NCBI GenBank assembly: GCA_963851385.1 | Contig: CAWKPE010000019.1 | Location: 24,355-88,354, forward strand | From: an uncultured Bacteroidota bacterium | GTDB lineage: Bacteria > Bacteroidota > Bacteroidia > Bacteroidales > DTGW01 | Direction: 5' to 3' | Length of the DNA stretch: 64,000 nt | Part shown: positions 21,672 through 30,180 of the stretch, in pieces | Position numbering within the stretch: position 1 is the first letter of the stretch | How the letters are laid out: each line of letters opens with the position of its first letter | The notes under the pieces: generated by a model | What the model saw: the letters and a program-made list of their open reading frames with translations, nothing else | The model's database searches: none | Told to the model about the DNA's origin: nothing | Made by a program: the position numbers and the translations under genes

Positions 21672-23111
21672 TTATGACATTTCATTAGCAATTTCACCTA
21701 ATTTTTTTAAAGCCTCCTCAGTTTTTTCATTCCAGGGCATCCCATAACTGATTCGCATACAATTATGAAATTGGTTTTTCAAAGTAAACATTCGACCGGG
21801 AGCAATGCTAATATTATATTTCATGGCTTTTTTGTAAAGCTGGTAAGTATCAAAATTAATATTGAATTCAACCCACAAAAACAATCCTCCCTGTACACGG
21901 CTGATGCGTGTACCCTTTGGAAAAAACTCACTTATGGTTCTGACATATTGTAAACTGTTTGACTGAAGAGTATTTCTCAATTTTCGAAGATGATGCTCAT
22001 AGCGGCCATTTTCAAGAAACAAAGCAATGGCTTCCTGTTGCAGTGTAGCTGAAGATACTTCGCGGTAAAGTTTCAACCGTTTTATTTTTTCAAGGAATTT
22101 TCCAGGAACAACCCATCCCACGCGATAACCCGGAGCAAGTGTCTTTGAAAACGAACTGCAGTAAAGTACTATACCTGAATCATCAAATGTTTTGCAACTC
22201 TTTGGACGTTTTTTTGTGAAATAAATATCTCCATAAATATCATCTTCTATTAACGGGATATTTTGGTTTTGAAGAAGCGCTACAATATCTTTTTTCTGCT
22301 CATCAGGGATACAACATCCCAAAGGATTACTGAAATTACTCATAAGTATTACAGTTGCAAGTTTTCTATTGTTTGCAGTCTTGCGTAGAACATTAATATC
22401 AATTCCTGTATTAGGATCGGTAGGCAATTCGATAACCTTCAAACCCATACTTTCTGCAAGCTGCAAAATTGAAAAAAAACATGGGCTTTCAACAGCAATA
22501 CTATCGCCACGTTCTGTAACAGCAGCCAATGAAAGTGCCAATGCATCCATGCAACCAGTTGTCGTGACAATTTCTTCAGGACTTATTTGACCACCCCAAA
22601 TCATTGTCCATTTTGCTATTTGTCTTCGCAATCGAAGATTCCCCTGCACATTCTCAAAGCCTGTTCCTCCGGCAGGAAGTTTTCTTACAGCCTCAACAAT
22701 AGATTTATTAAGTTTTGAAACTGGAATAAGTTCAGGCGATGGCAGTCCCATTGAGAATAATATCCTTTCCCTGTCAGAGATATTATAATATACTTCATCT
22801 ATGATTTCTTCAGCAGTACTGCCTTCTGAATGGCACTCAGGCTGGCTTTTTAAAGGTTCTGCAGGAAAACGTGCCGGTGAGAATCGCACATAATAGCCAG
22901 ATTGAGGCTTTGCTTCAATTAAACCTTTTGATTCAAGATTATAGTATGTCTGTAAAACAGTACTTGCACTTACTCCATGTTCTTTTTGCATAACGCGTAC
23001 AGAAGGCAACTTATCACCAATTTTCAATACTTCCTTATTAATCTGACTTTCTATTAAATCTGACAATTTCAAATATAGATGCTGATGGTCGGTTTTACTT
23101 TTAGATAACAT
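21672..23111 (-). CDS. MocR-type regulator (GntR winged HTH fused to a PLP aminotransferase-like domain)
   Basis: N-terminal GntR HTH (LPSVRVMQKEHGVSASTVLQTYYNLESKGLIEAKPQSGYYV), a linker, then a fold-type-I aminotransferase domain with the SFSKTLAPGYRVGW lysine motif. Confidence 0.85.
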   Translation of the reverse strand: MLSKSKTDHQHLYLKLSDLIESQINKEVLKIGDKLPSVRVMQKEHGVSASTVLQTYYNLESKGLIEAKPQSGYYVRFSPARFPAEPLKSQPECHSEGSTAEEIIDEVYYNISDRERILFSMGLPSPELIPVSKLNKSIVEAVRKLPAGGTGFENVQGNLRLRRQIAKWTMIWGGQISPEEIVTTTGCMDALALSLAAVTERGDSIAVESPCFFSILQLAESMGLKVIELPTDPNTGIDINVLRKTANNRKLATVILMSNFSNPLGCCIPDEQKKDIVALLQNQNIPLIEDDIYGDIYFTKKRPKSCKTFDDSGIVLYCSSFSKTLAPGYRVGWVVPGKFLEKIKRLKLYREVSSATLQQEAIALFLENGRYEHHLRKLRNTLQSNSLQYVRTISEFFPKGTRISRVQGGLFLWVEFNINFDTYQLYKKAMKYNISIAPGRMFTLKNQFHNCMRISYGMPWNEKTEEALKKLGEIANEMS

Positions 23112-23138
23112 ACCTATTAGTTTTTGCGATAAAAAACT

Positions 23139-23194
23139 TTGAACCTGAACGCTAAAGCCAGTTATTGAACTTTGAATTTTAAATCTTGAACTTT
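23139..23194. promoter_or_regulatory. TTGAAC-type direct repeats in the MocR / aminotransferase divergent intergenic region
   Basis: TTGAAC at 23139, 23165 and 23186. CTGAAC at 23145 and TTGAAT at 23172. The longer unit TTGAACTTT occurs at 23165-23173 and 23186-23194, 21 bp apart. Confidence 0.4.
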
Positions 23195-23294
23195 ATAATC
23201 AACAACTGTTATGGTCAAAATTACAAAATCTGAATCTGTTTTGGTAGTTTAAAATAACAGAAATTTGAATTGCAAAACAATAGAAAAAATTCTT

Positions 23295-24359
23295 ATGGAA
23301 ACAACAATGCAAATTACCGTCAGAAAGGCCAAAGAAAGCCGTACCAATGAAGTTGATTTTAATAATCTGGGGTTTGGTAAAGATGTGACAGACCACATGT
23401 TTGTTGCTGACTTTAAAAATGGTTCATGGAATGATGCCCGAATTATACCATTCGGGAATCTGTCAATGGCGCCTACTGCATTGGCTTTCCATTATGGGCA
23501 AACTGTTTTTGAAGGAATGAAAGCATTTCGTATGGCAGATGGAAAAATTTCAATTTTCAGAATTGACAAACATTATAAGCGTTTTAATATCTCTTTGGAA
23601 CGTATGTCCATGCCAACCGTTCCTTATGAATTATTTGCCGAAAGCATCAGATTATTAGTTGCGACAGATGAAGCATGGGTGAAAAATATTAATGGGACAT
23701 CGCTATATATAAGGCCATTTGAAATAGCTACTGAAGAACGATTTGGCGTTCATATATCAGATGAATATAAATTTATTGTTTTTACCGGACCTGTGGGCGA
23801 ATACTATTCAAAACCATTAAAAGTAAAAATTGAAGATAAATTTATCCGCGCAGCTAAAGGCGGAACCGGCTTTACAAAATGCGGAGGTAATTATGGAGCA
23901 TCTTTCTATCCAGCAAAACAAGCGAGTCTTCAAGGATTTGACCAGGTAATATGGACCGATGGCACAGAAGAATTAAATATTGAAGAATCTGGAACTATGA
24001 ATATAATTTTTGTAATTAATGGAATACTAACTACACCTCCTTTATCAGATACAATTTTGGACGGTGTTACAAGAGATTCTATTTTAAAATTGGCAACTTT
24101 TATGGGATTTAAAACTTCCGAAAGAAAAATCAGTACTCCCGAATTACAAAATAAATTTATTGAAGGTAGAATACAGGAAGCATTTGGATGCGGTACTGCT
24201 GCAGTTGCCACACCAATTTCATGTATCAATATTAAGGGTATGGATTTTTATCTGCCGGAATACAATTCAGATAGTTTTGTTCAAAAAGTATCTAAACTCC
24301 TTAATGAAATTCGATTGGGGATAAAACCTGATATCTATAATTGGAACACGTTAATATAA
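23295..24359 (+). CDS. ilvE: branched-chain amino acid aminotransferase (fold-type IV)
   Basis: The track ORF begins at a TTG (23265). ATG codons at 23295 and 23307 are likelier starts. Motifs are YGQTVFEGMKAF, LYIRP, GGTGFTKCGGNY and IEESGTMNIIF. Confidence 0.85.
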   Translation: METTMQITVRKAKESRTNEVDFNNLGFGKDVTDHMFVADFKNGSWNDARIIPFGNLSMAPTALAFHYGQTVFEGMKAFRMADGKISIFRIDKHYKRFNISLERMSMPTVPYELFAESIRLLVATDEAWVKNINGTSLYIRPFEIATEERFGVHISDEYKFIVFTGPVGEYYSKPLKVKIEDKFIRAAKGGTGFTKCGGNYGASFYPAKQASLQGFDQVIWTDGTEELNIEESGTMNIIFVINGILTTPPLSDTILDGVTRDSILKLATFMGFKTSERKISTPELQNKFIEGRIQEAFGCGTAAVATPISCINIKGMDFYLPEYNSDSFVQKVSKLLNEIRLGIKPDIYNWNTLI

Positions 24360-24515
24360 TTCGTAAAAGAGTTTTTGATATTCATTCCAGTTAGAAAAAA
24401 TCAAAAACTCTTAATAAAAGCAAACAATTAACAAATATTTAAGTTAAAAAAGCTTTTGAAATTGATAGAATACTCGTTACTTTGATAGAATCAATTCAAC
24501 TAAATAAAATAGACT

Positions 24516-26582
24516 ATGAATAATATGAATGAATATCCGGGGAGTTTGGAAAGATTAAGAAAAAAATTATCGTCTATTAAGCTTTCTGCAAAAGTTATTT
24601 TCATAATTATAGGAATAGCATCAACGATTTGGTTCCTATTTAGAGTTATTCCAAAACCACAAAGAGCTACTTATCCATGCATGAGGGCTGCAGCTCCCAT
24701 AATGTCAGGGTTTATTATTTACTTGTTTTCTTTGGGAGGTTCAGTAATCTTATTTCGGAAAGCTTTTGCTAATCTGAAAAAAGCTAAATATTGGTCAGCC
24801 ATTATTGCATTTATAATTTGTTTTTTGCTAATACTGGTTTTCAACCTAAGTAATGTGAAAAATATTTATTCAAATGTTTTAGGAATTACCTGGACAAAAG
24901 GAGTATTGCCTGATGCACCTAATACTCCTATGGGTACACCATGGGGCATTAATCCAGGTCGTGTAGCCTGGGCTTGGAGTCCTAGCGCAACAAATGAGAA
25001 CTGTCCCAATACAATTGATAATGCTTATTTTATGGCTGCCAACAATAACCAAGATACAATTAACAAACTTGCCAATAAAGCTATTATGATTATTGCCGGA
25101 AAAAATACTGTTGCAGCATCATGGGACACAATTTTTAAAAGTTTCAATAAAAGAAAAACTGGCACTGCGACAGGTTATTCTTCAGGACAGAAAATTTTTA
25201 TAAAAGTCAATAATGGCCAGGCAGGATGGGCTATTGATGATAGCTTAGCTGAAACAGGACAATATTCCCCAGGAACAGGGATCAGTAATTGTGCAATGTC
25301 AAATACATCTCCTCAAGCAGTGTTGGCATTTCTTGTACAGCTTATTGACAGTTGTGGAATTGCCCAGGGAAATATTATGATAGGTGAACCAATGACACAT
25401 GTGTACAAAAGTATGTATGATATCGTACATCCGAAATATCCATCTGTTAAATTAATGGATAAAGAAAATCATACAAATCTTGGAAGAACTACTTCAACTG
25501 GTTGGATTAGTAATGTGATTATCTACTCAGATAGTGCTCATGTCATGACTGGTGCTGGTAAGGATGATATGATGAAGGAAATGTACAATGCGGATTATGT
25601 CATCAATATTGCAGCATTAAAAGCACATGCACGAAGTGGTGTAACATTATGTGCTAAGAATAATTTTGGATCAAGTACTCATGGAGGTTCATACAGTGCA
25701 AGTGTTTTACATTCAGGTTCAATAAATCCAAACGCAGATAATGACGATCTTACCAATGCCCGAGGCAGTTATCACATGTACCGTGTATTGACTGACCTTA
25801 TGGGACACAAAAAAATTGGAAGAAATACAGTATTATTTGTAGTTGATGGATTATGGGGTGGTATAGAAGCTACAGATATGCCAGTAAAATGGCAGATGGC
25901 TCCTTTTAATAATGATTTTCCCAGCTCGCTCTTTGTTTCTCAGGACGAAATTGCCGTTGAATCAGTTTGTCTTGACTTTCTCAGAGCAGAAGCTGATATA
26001 AATACTTACTTTAATAATCGCCCGTTCTTCCCTGCAGTTGATGATTATCTGCACCAAGGTGCTACTAAAGCTAATTGGCCCGACAGTATTATTAATTTAA
26101 GTAATATATGGTATCCATTTGCCGGATACGATCCTGAAGGAGATGGAACTTTTATGCCTTCTCTTGGTGTCCATGAACATTGGAACAATTCTACAGATAA
26201 ACAATACAGCCGTAACCTGTTTATTAATGGAACTGGTATTGAACTTAAAACTTATCCTTCAAATCTTGTTACTTATGGTTCTGCAACAGCCTTAAACTTG
26301 ACTGTCAACGTGACCGATGGAACCTCTCCATTAGCAGATGCTATAGTTATTATAAAAGGTTCTAATTATTTAACTGATGCTAATGGGCAAGTTGTAATTG
26401 GAAATCTTCAGACAACTACAGGATTAAATTATACAATTCAAAAAAAAGGTTTTAACTCGTATACAGGACAAATAGATATTAATGCCGATACTGAAATAAC
26501 TAAGTCACTTTCTGCAATAAAAGTTTCAGTAAAATCTATCGAAAATTTCTCCTTCACAGCTTTCAATTTCGATTTCTCCTAA
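24516..26582 (+). CDS. membrane-anchored/secreted protein with a DUF362-like core (tentative) and a CarboxypepD_reg-like domain; its C-terminal sorting domain is out of frame
   Basis: 688-aa ORF with N-terminal TM helices. It has a GQKIFIKVNNGQ segment typical of DUF362. The beta-sandwich-like tail reads LTVNVTDGTSPLADAIVIIKGSNYLTDANGQVVIGNL. Confidence 0.55.
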   Translation: MNNMNEYPGSLERLRKKLSSIKLSAKVIFIIIGIASTIWFLFRVIPKPQRATYPCMRAAAPIMSGFIIYLFSLGGSVILFRKAFANLKKAKYWSAIIAFIICFLLILVFNLSNVKNIYSNVLGITWTKGVLPDAPNTPMGTPWGINPGRVAWAWSPSATNENCPNTIDNAYFMAANNNQDTINKLANKAIMIIAGKNTVAASWDTIFKSFNKRKTGTATGYSSGQKIFIKVNNGQAGWAIDDSLAETGQYSPGTGISNCAMSNTSPQAVLAFLVQLIDSCGIAQGNIMIGEPMTHVYKSMYDIVHPKYPSVKLMDKENHTNLGRTTSTGWISNVIIYSDSAHVMTGAGKDDMMKEMYNADYVINIAALKAHARSGVTLCAKNNFGSSTHGGSYSASVLHSGSINPNADNDDLTNARGSYHMYRVLTDLMGHKKIGRNTVLFVVDGLWGGIEATDMPVKWQMAPFNNDFPSSLFVSQDEIAVESVCLDFLRAEADINTYFNNRPFFPAVDDYLHQGATKANWPDSIINLSNIWYPFAGYDPEGDGTFMPSLGVHEHWNNSTDKQYSRNLFINGTGIELKTYPSNLVTYGSATALNLTVNVTDGTSPLADAIVIIKGSNYLTDANGQVVIGNLQTTTGLNYTIQKKGFNSYTGQIDINADTEITKSLSAIKVSVKSIENFSFTAFNFDFS

Positions 26583-26811
26583 CCCTTCCTGGGACAAAAC
26601 AACAATAACTTATACCATTAAATCGAACACGAATGTCTCTTTGTTTTTAGTTTCGATGGATGGGAAAATTGTTCAACATATCAAACAGGCTCAATTACCA
26701 AGCGGTAATTACTCTGAAAAAATAAATGTAGAAAACCTAAAAAGTGGAACGTACATTTGTGTATTGAAAACAGCAGATGGTATAAAAACTACTAAACTTG
26801 AAGTACGATAA
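26533..26811 (+). pseudogene. T9SS type-A C-terminal sorting domain, displaced into another frame from the 24516 gene
   Basis: This alternative frame is open from about 26533 and overlaps the end of the 24516 ORF. It reads ISPNPSWDKTTITYTIKSNTNVSLFLVSMDGKIVQHIKQAQLPSGNYSEKINVENLKSGTYICVLKTADGIKTTKLEVR, ending at TAA 26809-26811. It has no start codon of its own. Confidence 0.7.
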
Positions 26812-26913
26812 TTCAATGATTAAAAGAATTGAAATAATTATTCAGATTTCCCCCAACGGGAGCATTTTATATGCTTCCGTTGATTAAAAAAATAGTATCA
26901 TAAAACTGTTATA

Positions 26914-28149
26914 ATGAAAAATTTTAGCCTTATTTTTTTTACAATATTTTTTATCAGTTTTGTTTCTTGTAAAAAAGAAGAAGCAAAAAGTGATCAAAAA
27001 GAATTATTATCATTTACACTAAAAGAGCAAATTGATAGCGCAATAATTGACAACACAGATCATACCGTAATGATTTCAGTCGCAACTAATGCAAATTTGA
27101 AAAAACTTTCTCCTAAAATTGTTATTTCAGAAAAAGCATCTATTAAACCTGTATCGGGTGATAGTATCGATTTTTCTATTGGCCCGGTTATTTTTACCAT
27201 AACCGCTGAAGATAATAGTACTCAAGCGTGGCAGGTTATTGTCAATCAATTTTTCCCTAATATTAATCAAAAATCAATATTATGTATTGTTATAGATAAT
27301 TCTGACATAATGTGGATTGGAACAGACAGTGGGTTATACAAAAGTTATGAAAGTGGTTATCTTATTGAGAATATTTTAAGCCCATCAAAAATTTTATCTC
27401 TATTCTACGAACAAAGCTCAAACTCTTTATGGGTTGGAACTGATAACGGGCTTTCCAAAGTAATCATGAGCAGTTCTGGAATTTCGCTTAACGTTATTCC
27501 ATCGATAAATTTAAGCAATCAATCCGTACAGACTGCTTATGTGGATTCCTCATCAAAAAGATGGTTTGGTACAGCCGATGGTTTGTCATTAAATAAAAAT
27601 ACAACATGGAAAAAGGCAAATTTCTATTATAATTTATATGACAATTTAGTTCCGCTGGATATTGAAAAAGCAAGTATCAACTCCATTGCCAGTTGGGATG
27701 GCGATTATTATTTTGCCACCAATCTTTATGGTTTGTACAGAACATATAATTATAATGATTCTGTTGATGCTTTTACAGGTGCAACCCAATGGGGAAACCC
27801 ATATAATGGCACTGCCATTACAGATACAATGTTTGTAGTATTCGTCGATTCAAAAGGGAACCAATGGATGGGAGGCACAAATGGAGTTCAAGTCCATTCA
27901 GGACATGATTCGAAATCGAACATTATTTATTATGGTAACAAACTGCCAAATTTATATGTTCATGCCATTGCTGAAGCTCCTGATGGAAAAATTTGGGTCG
28001 GTACCGAAAATGGAATTGCTATTTTTAATGGTAGTACCTGGACAAATAATACAACCATTTTACCAGATCCATTTGTTACAGCTATTGCATTTGACAAAGA
28101 TGGAAGCGCCTGGATTGGAACAAAAAAAGGACTCGTAAATATTAATTAA
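26914..28149 (+). CDS. lipoprotein with two-component-regulator propeller (Reg_prop) repeats
   Basis: Lipoprotein signal FFISFVSC. Repeated W-x-G-T-x-x-G-L units are present: WIGTDSGLYK, WVGTDNGLSK, WFGTADGLSL, WMGGTNGVQV, WVGTENGIAIF, WIGTKKGLVNI. Confidence 0.75.
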   Translation: MKNFSLIFFTIFFISFVSCKKEEAKSDQKELLSFTLKEQIDSAIIDNTDHTVMISVATNANLKKLSPKIVISEKASIKPVSGDSIDFSIGPVIFTITAEDNSTQAWQVIVNQFFPNINQKSILCIVIDNSDIMWIGTDSGLYKSYESGYLIENILSPSKILSLFYEQSSNSLWVGTDNGLSKVIMSSSGISLNVIPSINLSNQSVQTAYVDSSSKRWFGTADGLSLNKNTTWKKANFYYNLYDNLVPLDIEKASINSIASWDGDYYFATNLYGLYRTYNYNDSVDAFTGATQWGNPYNGTAITDTMFVVFVDSKGNQWMGGTNGVQVHSGHDSKSNIIYYGNKLPNLYVHAIAEAPDGKIWVGTENGIAIFNGSTWTNNTTILPDPFVTAIAFDKDGSAWIGTKKGLVNIN

Positions 28150-28356
28150 CAAGACAACGGAGGAAACTTTCAGTTTTCAAGAAATTTAAGTTAGTGTTGT
28201 TTAATGGAGCTTTCCATAAACCCACTTAAAATTTATCTCATCAGAATTTAATATCATATCCAGTTATCAACTAAACGTTTAATGATTTGTTTTTGAATAA
28301 ACTTATATTGAAAGGAAATGTGATATTTCTGTTCTTCAAAAATTAAAAAATGTTTT

Positions 28357-29385
28357 ATGAATGCAATGCTCATTAATGCAATAACAAGTCTTTCCAATAA
28401 TCGTGAACCACTTCAAAAAGCTGATATTTCCATTCCAAGACCGGGTGAAAATGAAATATTAATCCGGGTAAGTATTTGTGGCGTGTGCCATACTGAAATT
28501 GATGAAATAGAAGGCAGAACACCACCACCAAAATTACCGGTAATTCCGGGTCACCAGGTTATCGGATTTGTACATGATTCTAACGGATATGATTTAATTG
28601 TCAAACCAGGAACTAGAGTTGGTGTAGCTTGGATATATTCCTCCTGTGGCAATTGCAGTTTTTGTAAATCAGGGAATGAGAATCTTTGTTCTTCTTTTTT
28701 AGCTACCGGCCGCGACAGAAATGGCGGTTATGCAGAATACATGGTTGCCCACAAAGATTTTGTTTATGAAATACCAAAGGAAATAAGCAATGAACAAGCA
28801 GCACCATTATTATGTGCCGGTGCAGTGGGATATCGTTCATTACGCCTAACGGGAATAGAAAATGGTCAAATTTTAGGATTGACTGGATTTGGAGCATCAG
28901 GTCATCTTGTGTTAAAGCTTGCAAAATATCTATATCCAAAATCTAAAATTTTCATATTCGCCCGCAATATTGAAGAGAGGAAATTTGCTATTGAACTTGG
29001 TGCCACATGGGCCGGCGATACTAGTGACACCCCTCCTGAAAAAATTGATGCAATTATTGATACAACCCCAGTATGGAAACCTGTTTTAGATGAATTAAAA
29101 AATCTAAATCCAGGTGGACGCCTTGTTATTAATGCTATTCGTAAAGAAGATGTAGATAAAAAAAGCCTTGAATCAATTGATTATTCAACTCATTTATGGA
29201 ATGAAAAAGAAATTAAAAGCGTTGCCAATGTTACAAGAAACGATGTAAAGGAATTTCTTCAACTGGCTGCAAAAATTCCAATTTTTCCCGAAATACAAAC
29301 TTATCCGTTGTCAAAAGCAAATATTGCTTTGCTTGAAATAAAAGAAAGAAAAATTAAGGGCGCTAAAGTCTTAGTTATTAAATAA
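28357..29385 (+). CDS. zinc-dependent alcohol dehydrogenase (MDR superfamily)
   Basis: Catalytic zinc motif GVCHTEIDEIEG...GHQVIG. Structural-zinc cysteines CGNCSFCKSGNENLC. NAD-binding motif GLTGFGASGHL. Confidence 0.85.
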   Translation: MNAMLINAITSLSNNREPLQKADISIPRPGENEILIRVSICGVCHTEIDEIEGRTPPPKLPVIPGHQVIGFVHDSNGYDLIVKPGTRVGVAWIYSSCGNCSFCKSGNENLCSSFLATGRDRNGGYAEYMVAHKDFVYEIPKEISNEQAAPLLCAGAVGYRSLRLTGIENGQILGLTGFGASGHLVLKLAKYLYPKSKIFIFARNIEERKFAIELGATWAGDTSDTPPEKIDAIIDTTPVWKPVLDELKNLNPGGRLVINAIRKEDVDKKSLESIDYSTHLWNEKEIKSVANVTRNDVKEFLQLAAKIPIFPEIQTYPLSKANIALLEIKERKIKGAKVLVIK

Positions 29386-29465
29386 CAGTATTATTTTGCA
29401 AATAATCCACTAATTAAAAGGGAAAGTATATATTATAAATACAAGGTACAAAAAGTGCCTCCTTT

Positions 29466-29840
29466 TTAAAACGATTCCACTTCTTCAAGAATGAAAGGCA
29501 GTTTTAAAATCGATTTAAAATCTTCACCCAGAGTTTGTATTTCCAAATCACCTTTTACAAAATACCAATTAACAATAACATCGTTACCTTTAGCATATAA
29601 TGATTCCAAAGCTTCAAATATTGTCATTAAGGAGCGGTTTGAACTGCTGTTTGAATATTCAAGATATATTTTTGCCTTAGTATGTGTTAAAGGATTTTTA
29701 GAATATTCTTCAATTAATTCGATAATTGGCTCATATAAAAAAGTACTGTCTTCAGGTATTGATCTTCCTGAAATTATTAAAGTATCATTATCGAACTTTA
29801 TCAATGGAGTATGTGATGTTTTTTCAATAAAATAGTTCAT
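29466..29840 (-). CDS. DUF1987 / SiaC-like small regulatory protein
   Basis: 124 aa, of typical family length. Segments: TPLIKFDNDTLIISGRSIPEDS...FLYEPIIELIEEY...YLEYSNSSSNRSLMTIFEAL...VNWYF. Confidence 0.65.
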   Translation of the reverse strand: MNYFIEKTSHTPLIKFDNDTLIISGRSIPEDSTFLYEPIIELIEEYSKNPLTHTKAKIYLEYSNSSSNRSLMTIFEALESLYAKGNDVIVNWYFVKGDLEIQTLGEDFKSILKLPFILEEVESF

Positions 29841-30180
29841 TTTACAGGTAATTTACATTACTTTTTTTTTCGATAATTTATTTATTATTAATTGAAAATA
29901 ACAAACCACAAATTACTACATCTAAAATTTGCTTTATTTAACTTTAAAATTAGCAAACTACTTATTCAATAACAACTTTAATTGTGATTTTTAATTTGCG
30001 TACTTTATTTTCTCAATACCTGAAAAATAAAATCAGATTTTTGTGCTATTAAAATTCTTTCCTGTTATTTGCAGCAAACACATGAAGATGAAAATCCATC
30101 AGTTTATGATTATCACTTTAATGCCACCAATGACGTTCATTATTATTTGTGCCAATTATTACCATCGGATTTATAAATTG

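Noticed and set aside
29491-29835. 114-aa plus-strand ORF almost exactly antisense to the DUF1987 gene
   Set aside because: The minus-strand product has a recognisable family pattern. The plus-strand translation is low-complexity (Ser/Ile/Lys-rich) with no motif. I treat it as a spurious shadow ORF, although a stop-free antisense frame of this length is uncommon in AT-rich DNA.
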